DNA from: Acidimicrobiales bacterium
GTDB taxonomy: Bacteria; Actinomycetota; Acidimicrobiia; Acidimicrobiales; RAAP-2
NCBI GenBank assembly: GCA_035533495.1
Contig: DATLTW010000074.1
Location: 25,006 to 89,005 of the forward strand
Length of the DNA: 64,000 bases
Reading direction: 5' to 3'
Part shown: positions 58,218-64,000 of the stretch, in pieces
Numbering within the stretch: the first letter of the stretch is position 1
Layout of the letters: every line of letters starts with the position of its first letter
Translations under genes and position numbers: made by a program
The notes under the pieces: model-generated
The model's input: only the letters and a program-made list of their open reading frames with translations
Database searches by the model: none
Told to the model about the DNA's origin: nothing

Positions 58218-59404
58218 TCTTGAAAGGCGGTGTAGTTGGCCAGTAGCGCGACCGGAACAGCCGACACTGGGATGGACGAGTCGTCATTCACCACGACGTA
58301 GTCCACGTTCGCGTACTCGAGACGCGTCGCCAGGTCGAGTCGGCGATCACCGAAGCAGAAGACTCGGTGGCCCCGCAACAGTTCAAAAGGCACGTCGTAG
58401 AGCCACGAAGGATCATGTCCGTCGGCGACGCGCGCGTTGATCGCCACCCACACGTTCGATCCGTCGCGCTCGAGTGTCAAAAGCATGGCCGCGAAGCCGG
58501 CCGGGTTCTTCGCGAGCAGTAGACGAAAACGATGGCTTCGCCAACGTCGAACGCTATACCGTCCCGCCACGCTCGTCAGTGCGTTGACTCTCGCCACGGC
58601 CAGCGCTAGGTCGACGCCCACCAGCGAGAGCGCGGTCAGTGCCATGGCGGCGTTGGCTTGGTTGAACGCGCCGGGCAGCTTCAAGTCGAGCGCAAGTGGC
58701 GTACCTCGCACGACCAGGTTGTCGCGAAGCGTCGTGGCTATGTTGTTCGGCTTGGCGAAACCACAGTCGCACCACCACGACGACTCGGTGAAGTGAAGTG
58801 GTTGGGTACAGTGAGGGCACGAAACGGCGTCCGTCGTCCACGGCGTTGGTACGTCGCACCAGGCCACGCTGGTAGCGAGTTCCGCGGCGTATACGACCAG
58901 CGGATCGTTGGCGTTCGCGATCACCTGGGACTCCCTCGCGTTGGCGAGCAGTACGCGCCAACGATCAGCGATCCGGCGCACTTCGTTCGCGCGATCGAGC
59001 TGGTCGCGGGAGAGATTCAACAGTGTGATCGTGCGCGCGCCGGTCGCCTGGGTGACGTCCGGCAACCATGATTCGTCAACTTCAAGTACCGCCGAATGAC
59101 TCTTTGACGCCACCAGCGCGGCGACGAGCCCAGCGGGCATGTTCGAGCCAGTGTCGTTCGTCGCCACGGCGCCGCCCCAGCCCGCGGCAATCATGGCCGA
59201 TGTGGTCGTCTTGCCATTCGTTCCGCTCACCAGGATCACGTCTCGACGATGCGCGAGATCGGCCAACAGTTCGGGCGCCAGAGCGAGTCCCACTCGGCCC
59301 CCAACGACGGTTCCCGAGCCCCGAGAAGTGAGCCGAGAGAGGAAGTTGACCGTGCCAACAGCCCTTCTTGCGATGTCATCGCGAAAAGAGGACCCACTTG
59401 GCAT
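58190..59404 (-). CDS. murT: Lipid II isoglutaminyl synthase, Mur-ligase subunit
   Basis: GTNGKTTT, EVDE, NLSRDQLDR, CPHC/CDCG zinc finger, LAKNPAG, DG.D.SWL.DV. Confidence 0.92.
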   Translation of the reverse strand: MPSGSSFRDDIARRAVGTVNFLSRLTSRGSGTVVGGRVGLALAPELLADLAHRRDVILVSGTNGKTTTSAMIAAGWGGAVATNDTGSNMPAGLVAALVASKSHSAVLEVDESWLPDVTQATGARTITLLNLSRDQLDRANEVRRIADRWRVLLANARESQVIANANDPLVVYAAELATSVAWCDVPTPWTTDAVSCPHCTQPLHFTESSWWCDCGFAKPNNIATTLRDNLVVRGTPLALDLKLPGAFNQANAAMALTALSLVGVDLALAVARVNALTSVAGRYSVRRWRSHRFRLLLAKNPAGFAAMLLTLERDGSNVWVAINARVADGHDPSWLYDVPFELLRGHRVFCFGDRRLDLATRLEYANVDYVVVNDDSSIPVSAVPVALLANYTAFQEWRTRSRAC

Positions 59405-59433
59405 TAACGCAACGCTAACAATCCCTAAACGGC

Positions 59434-59466
59434 AAAAGGACCAACCGGGGGGCGGTTGGTCCTTTT
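59434..59466 (-). terminator. Intrinsic terminator (second hairpin of the sRNA)
   Basis: Perfect 14-bp inverted repeat AAAAGGACCAACCG/CGGTTGGTCCTTTT. Confidence 0.85.
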
Positions 59467-59511
59467 ACAAAACCCTAGGATTACTCAAGGGGGGTTCGAG
59501 TAAAGCAGGCT
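59434..59511 (-). ncRNA. 6C-type small RNA (~78 nt)
   Basis: Two hairpins, each with a six-C run (UUACUC-GAACCCCCCUU-GAGUAA and AAAAGGACCAACCG-CCCCC-CGGUUGGUCCUUUU); own -35/-10 promoter; ends in a U-tract. Confidence 0.8.
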
Positions 59512-59517
59512 GTTATC

Positions 59518-59546
59518 AGTATGGCGGTCCACTTTATATCTAGCAA
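59518..59546 (-). promoter_or_regulatory. Housekeeping-sigma-type promoter of the sRNA
   Basis: TTGCTA (59546-59541), 17-nt spacer, CATACT (59523-59518); predicted TSS about 59511. Confidence 0.7.
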
Positions 59547-59568
59547 GTGAATAGGAGAGATACTTTGC

Positions 59569-59583
59569 ATCTATATAGTAGAT
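59569..59583. promoter_or_regulatory. LysR-type recognition site (T-N11-A)
   Basis: ATCTA-TATAG-TAGAT inverted repeat, centred 65 nt upstream of the predicted sRNA TSS and covering the lysR -10 TATAGT. Confidence 0.72.
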
Positions 59584-59585
59584 AG

Positions 59586-60515
59586 GTGGAGATACGCCAG
59601 CTAGAGGCCCTGGTCAGCATCGCCGATCACGGGACCTTCTCTCACGCCGCCGAGGCCCTGGGCACGGTCCAGTCCAATATTTCGAATCGGGTGGCTCGCT
59701 TGGAACGCGAACTTGGTACCGAGCTAGTCGATCGCGCCACGGGCAACTTAACCGAGTCCGGCACCATCGTCGTGGGACGCGCGCAACGAATACTCGTCGA
59801 ACTACGAGCTATTGCGTCAGACGTTTCGGAACTCAACGCGGATATCTACGGTCAAGTGACCCTTGGGATGATCGGCACGGCGGGCCGTTGGATCGTGCCC
59901 CTACTACTGGAGAATCTGCGAAAGCGCTACTCGCATATCACCCTTCAAATAAGCGAGGGGACCAATTCGGCAATCGAACCGCGCCTCGTCAACGGCCAAC
60001 TCGACCTCGCGGTACTCGCGTGGCCCGTTCGAGCCGAAGAACTGACCGAAGTTGATCTCTTTACCGAAGATCTCGTGGTCATCGCCGCGCGAGATCACCC
60101 GCTCGCTCAGCTGATGGGTCCTCTCCCCTTTTCCACGCTCGCCCAATACGAGATTCTGCTCCCGATGCGTGGCACGCCCATTCGCCGAGAGATCGACGAG
60201 GCAGCTCACCAGGCTGGCATTGAGTTGCATCCCCTGATTGAACTTGACGGAATACGAACCATCGCGTCGATGACGTTCGACGGACACGGCCCGTCCATTC
60301 TGCCGGCCACCATGTTGTCGCCTCACCTTCGGGCCAACTTCGTCGCTCTCCCGATCAAAGACATTGCCAAGCGTCGCGTGGTATTGGCGACGCGACAGTT
60401 CGGCTTCCCGGCCGCACCGGTTCGCGCCATCCACGCTCTCCTGCTCGACGTCGTCGCCAACGCCACGAACGTGCCCGACGGCGTCTACCTGCCCGCCAAG
60501 AATTCTCTGCAATAG
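59586..60515 (+). CDS. LysR-family transcriptional regulator
   Basis: MEIRQL...GTFSHAAEAL..VQS.IS..V..LE.ELG..L HTH plus substrate-binding domain; no Cys. Confidence 0.95.
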   Translation: MEIRQLEALVSIADHGTFSHAAEALGTVQSNISNRVARLERELGTELVDRATGNLTESGTIVVGRAQRILVELRAIASDVSELNADIYGQVTLGMIGTAGRWIVPLLLENLRKRYSHITLQISEGTNSAIEPRLVNGQLDLAVLAWPVRAEELTEVDLFTEDLVVIAARDHPLAQLMGPLPFSTLAQYEILLPMRGTPIRREIDEAAHQAGIELHPLIELDGIRTIASMTFDGHGPSILPATMLSPHLRANFVALPIKDIAKRRVVLATRQFGFPAAPVRAIHALLLDVVANATNVPDGVYLPAKNSLQ

Positions 60516-60522
60516 TCAACGG

Positions 60523-61152
60523 GTGCCCACGCCGCTATCACCCGACGAGATAGCCGCCTCAATTATTAAACGAGATCGAGCTTTCAAGAAACTCATCAAG
60601 GAAATCGGATCTCCGCCGCCTCGGCGCAGCGCTCCGGTCGCGCAACGCTTTCCCACATTGGCCCGTTCGATCACGTACCAGCTCCTCGCGGGCAAGGCCG
60701 CAAACACCATTCATCAAAGAGTCATCGATCTCTGTGACGGCCACGTCAGCGCCGAATCGATCACGAGTGCCGGTCACGAGAGATTGCGGGCCGTGGGACT
60801 TTCGAATGCGAAGGCGGCCGCCATGCTCGATCTGGCCGAGCGAACCCTCGACGGACGCGTGCAATTGGCCCGACACGGTCGGATGAGCGACCACGAGGTC
60901 CTCGTCGACGTGGTGGCCGTTCGCGGCGTTGGGCCCTGGACCGCGCAGATGTACCTAATGCACACTCTGGCGCGCCACGACGTGTGGCCGGCGGGCGACT
61001 TTGGGGTGCGCAACGGTTGGTCGATCGTGCACAATCTCGACGAACTCGTGAGCGAGGGCGAACTGGGAAAAGAAGGCGACGCCTTCACCGGGGTACGTTC
61101 GGATGTGGCGTGGTACTGCTGGGAGGCCGTGGGCCTGTCGCGCGCAAAGTAA
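60523..61152 (+). CDS. alkA: DNA-3-methyladenine glycosylase II (HhH-GPD)
   Basis: I.YQ.L..KAA, GLS..K, VRGVGPWTA.M, PAGD.GVR. Confidence 0.88.
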   Translation: MPTPLSPDEIAASIIKRDRAFKKLIKEIGSPPPRRSAPVAQRFPTLARSITYQLLAGKAANTIHQRVIDLCDGHVSAESITSAGHERLRAVGLSNAKAAAMLDLAERTLDGRVQLARHGRMSDHEVLVDVVAVRGVGPWTAQMYLMHTLARHDVWPAGDFGVRNGWSIVHNLDELVSEGELGKEGDAFTGVRSDVAWYCWEAVGLSRAK

Positions 61153-61162
61153 CCTCGCAATC

Positions 61163-62557
61163 GTGGCCCTACTTTCACTCCGTGACTTCGAAAACAACGC
61201 CCTCGAAACCTTGAGCGAATTCGCTGCGATTCCGGCTCTTTCCCCAGGGTTCGACGCCGACTGGGAAGATCACGGGTACTTAGAAGAGGCCGCCCAACTT
61301 CTCGCGGCGTGGGCCCGGAAGCGCCAACTGGCCAACTTTGAGGTCAAGATTCACCGTCTCCAGGGACGGACCCCGACACTTCTCGTGACCGTCGAATCCA
61401 CCGCTGGCGACGGCGGCACGGTCGTGCTCTACGGGCATCTCGACAAGCAACCGCCCCTCGGTGATTGGTCCGAAGGTCTGGCTCCATTCAACCCAGTTCG
61501 TCGCGGGAATCGTCTTTACGCGAGGGGGGTCTCGGACGACGGCTACGCCCTCTTCTCAGCACTCAGCGCCATCGAAGCGATGGAAGCCAACGGCCTAGCG
61601 CACGCCCGTTGCGTCGTGTTGATCGAGGGGAGCGAAGAGAGCGGCAGCCCCGACCTCGAGGCCTACCTCGACGCCTTGGGCGAGCAACTGGGCACGGTCG
61701 AACTGCTCATCTGTCTCGATTCGGGTGCCCTCACCTACGACCGGCTATGGGTGACGAGTTCGTTGCGTGGCGTCCTCAATGTCGAAGTGACGGTTGAAGT
61801 ACTCGCCCAAGGTCAGCACAGCGGTTCGGTGAGCGGCATCGTGCCCTCATCATTTCGCGTACTTCGTCAACTGCTCGATCGCCTCGAAGACGCCCGCAGC
61901 GGCGACATCCTCGTCGACGAGATGCACGTGGAGATTCCCGCGGCGCACCTCAAGTCGGCGCACGATATCGCCGAAGAGTTCGGTGACGTCATCGCCCGCG
62001 AGCTGCCGACACTGCCCGGCGTGACGTTGATGGGCGCCAGCGCCGAAGAGCGCCTCTTACGTCGCACCTGGTACCCGACGCTGTCGGTGATTGGCATGGG
62101 CGGCATACCGACTCCCGACATCGCGGGCAACGTGCTTCGCCCCTTTACGACAGCCGTGCTCTCGTTTCGACTCCCGCCGAGCGCTGACGCCGTGGCGGCT
62201 GGCGCGGCCGTGCAACGACTACTCACCTCTGACGTGCCGTCGAACGCCCTCGTAAGTGTGACGCTGCACCCCGCGGACGGATGGGTCGCGCCCGAACTGG
62301 CCCCTTGGCTTGCGCCGGCCCTCGAACAGGCGTCGCTCGACGCCTTTGGGCGCTCGGTGGGATTTACCGGCGAAGGCGGTTCAATTCCCTTTCTCGCCTC
62401 TCTGGCCAAACGGTACCCCGGAGTGCAGTTCGTAGCGACCGGCGTTGGCGGCCCGCAGTCCAACGCACACGCGATCGACGAGATGCTCGACCTACCCACG
62501 GTGGTCGGCGTCACCAACGCCGTCATTACTGTGTTGAAGGCGCACGCGACCAAGTAG
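61163..62557 (+). CDS. M20/M25/M40-family metallopeptidase
   Basis: YGHLDKQP, RG.SDD, EESGS, HSG, NAH..DE. Confidence 0.92.
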   Translation: MALLSLRDFENNALETLSEFAAIPALSPGFDADWEDHGYLEEAAQLLAAWARKRQLANFEVKIHRLQGRTPTLLVTVESTAGDGGTVVLYGHLDKQPPLGDWSEGLAPFNPVRRGNRLYARGVSDDGYALFSALSAIEAMEANGLAHARCVVLIEGSEESGSPDLEAYLDALGEQLGTVELLICLDSGALTYDRLWVTSSLRGVLNVEVTVEVLAQGQHSGSVSGIVPSSFRVLRQLLDRLEDARSGDILVDEMHVEIPAAHLKSAHDIAEEFGDVIARELPTLPGVTLMGASAEERLLRRTWYPTLSVIGMGGIPTPDIAGNVLRPFTTAVLSFRLPPSADAVAAGAAVQRLLTSDVPSNALVSVTLHPADGWVAPELAPWLAPALEQASLDAFGRSVGFTGEGGSIPFLASLAKRYPGVQFVATGVGGPQSNAHAIDEMLDLPTVVGVTNAVITVLKAHATK

Positions 62558-62566
62558 GGAACCACG

Positions 62567-63169
62567 ATGAGCGAACCGGTAGATCTCTGGGTGGACCCCG
62601 TGTGTCCCTGGGCGTGGGTGACCTCGCGGTGGCTCTTAGAGGCCGCCCAAGTCCGCGACTTTGAGGTTAACTTTCACGTCATGAGTCTGGCCGTGCTGAA
62701 CGAAGGTCGTGACCTATCCGAAAAGTACGTCGAGCTGCTGCAAAAGGCGTGGGGACCGGTCCGAGTGCTCATCGCCGCCGAGTCGCGCCACGGTCACGAA
62801 GTCGTCGAACCGCTCTACAGCGCCATGGGCACGCGCTACCACGTAAGGGGTGAGAAAGCCTTCGACCAGTTGATCACCGACGCACTCCACGACGTTGGAC
62901 TCGAGGCCGATCTCGCCCAGGCCGCGACCAGTACCGAGTTCGACGAGGCTCTGCGCGCGAGTCACCATAAGGGCATGGATCCCGTGGGTTACGAAGTCGG
63001 TACTCCGGTCATTCACGTGGGCAAGGTCGCCATCTTCGGTCCCGTCGTGACGCCCGCTCCCAAAGGTGAAGCCGCCGGCAAGCTCTTTGACGGCGTGCTC
63101 TTGGTGGCGAGCACTCCGGGGTTTTATGAACTCAAACGAACGCGAACCGACGGACCAAGTTTCGACTGA
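62567..63169 (+). CDS. DsbA-like mycothiol-dependent reductase (Rv2466c family)
   Basis: DPVCPWAW.TSRW, VGTP, FGPV, ELKRTR. Confidence 0.87.
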   Translation: MSEPVDLWVDPVCPWAWVTSRWLLEAAQVRDFEVNFHVMSLAVLNEGRDLSEKYVELLQKAWGPVRVLIAAESRHGHEVVEPLYSAMGTRYHVRGEKAFDQLITDALHDVGLEADLAQAATSTEFDEALRASHHKGMDPVGYEVGTPVIHVGKVAIFGPVVTPAPKGEAAGKLFDGVLLVASTPGFYELKRTRTDGPSFD

Positions 63170-63184
63170 GCGTCTAACCGGCCC

Positions 63185-64000
63185 CTAGCCGCGCGGAACA
63201 TCCTTCCACGCGACGTCCTTATCGTTGCGCGGCTCACCCGGAAGTCCGAGGACGCGCTCGCCAATGATGTTGCGCATGACTTCGCTGGTGCCACCCTCGA
63301 TGGAGTTGGCGCGCATTCGAATGAAAGCCTTTCGCATGTCGCCACCGGTCATGGCCGACTCCGTGGGACGAATTTGGGGATAGTTCGAGCCGTAGAGCAT
63401 GCCCTCGGCGCCCAGCAGGTTCACGCAAAGTTCGCTCGTGCGCTGATTCTCTTCAGCGAAGGCCAGCTTGGCCACCGATCCCTCGGGTCCGGGCGTGCCG
63501 GCCCGACGCAAATCATTGGCCCGCCAATTGGTGAGACGCCCCACCTCGTTACGCACCCAGGCGCGCATCAAATCGCTTCGTACGGCGATCGCGTGCGCGT
63601 CGCGGCGAGTGGCCCAACGTTGTCGCCAGATCTTCAGGGCTTCGCCAATGAGGCCCGAACTGCGCGGCGGCACCGTGCCACCAATGGACACTCGCTCGTT
63701 CATCAATGTGGTAATGGACACGCCCCAGCCCTCGCCGACGCCGCCCAGACGTCGGGTGTCGGGGATGCGCGCCTCATTGAAGTAGCACTCGTTAAACTCG
63801 GCCTCGCCGGTCGCCTGATAGAGCGGCAACACCTCCACGCCCGGCGCGCGCATGTCCACGAGGAATGCCGTGATGCCCTTGTGCTTGGGGACATCGGGAT
63901 TCGTCCGCGCGATCAATAGCCCGTAGGCCGACAGGTGCGCGAGCGTGGTCCACACCTTTTGGCCGGTCACGATCCACTCGTCACCGTCGAGTTCCGCCCG
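63185..64000 (-). CDS. Acyl-CoA dehydrogenase (N-terminus off window)
   Basis: DGDEWIVTGQKVWTT, KHKGIT.F, EFNE, SIEGGTSEVMRNIIGERVLGLP. Confidence 0.93.
   Translation of the reverse strand, partial: RAELDGDEWIVTGQKVWTTLAHLSAYGLLIARTNPDVPKHKGITAFLVDMRAPGVEVLPLYQATGEAEFNECYFNEARIPDTRRLGGVGEGWGVSITTLMNERVSIGGTVPPRSSGLIGEALKIWRQRWATRRDAHAIAVRSDLMRAWVRNEVGRLTNWRANDLRRAGTPGPEGSVAKLAFAEENQRTSELCVNLLGAEGMLYGSNYPQIRPTESAMTGGDMRKAFIRMRANSIEGGTSEVMRNIIGERVLGLPGEPRNDKDVAWKDVPRG

Noticed and set aside
59586-60515. LysR as OxyR (with an OxyS-like RNA)
   Set aside because: The protein has no cysteine, and the ATAG-N7-CTAT repeats upstream are incomplete

Overview
High-GC actinobacterial chromosome segment. 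Gene content (mycothiol, F420, PIM, MurT/GatD) and gene order suggest class Acidimicrobiia, which is an inference. About 47 kb is core genome: FAS-II (fabD'-fabG-acpP-fabF, fabI), mshC/mshD, menG/menF, ppk1, two SEDS genes, and the minus-strand run thrS-HIT-pgsA-patA-pimA-pdxST-yebC-ruvCAB-yajC-secDF-rel-hisS-aspS-rarA-alaS-ruvX-mltG-aroE-rodA. An accessory region (about 47.5-56 kb) ends at tRNA-Val(CAC). It holds two tandem, integrase-free cassettes bounded by copies of the tRNA 3' half with identically spaced conserved motifs, and each cassette carries a toxin-antitoxin pair. Next to them is a wHTH-PAS-GGDEF-EAL fusion gene. Best candidate for an undescribed system: an unannotated ~78-nt 6C-type small RNA (two hairpins, each with a six-C run) at 59434-59511. 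It is transcribed divergently from a LysR gene whose T-N11-A box sits at -65 of the RNA promoter, and it has a perfect 12-nt complement over the aroE ribosome-binding region. Other oddities: rarA lacks a canonical start (ACG, in frame behind the aspS stop), a catalytically degenerate TrpF, an HExxH-less M48-like protein, a LexA box over the ruvC start, and widespread leaderless gene starts.
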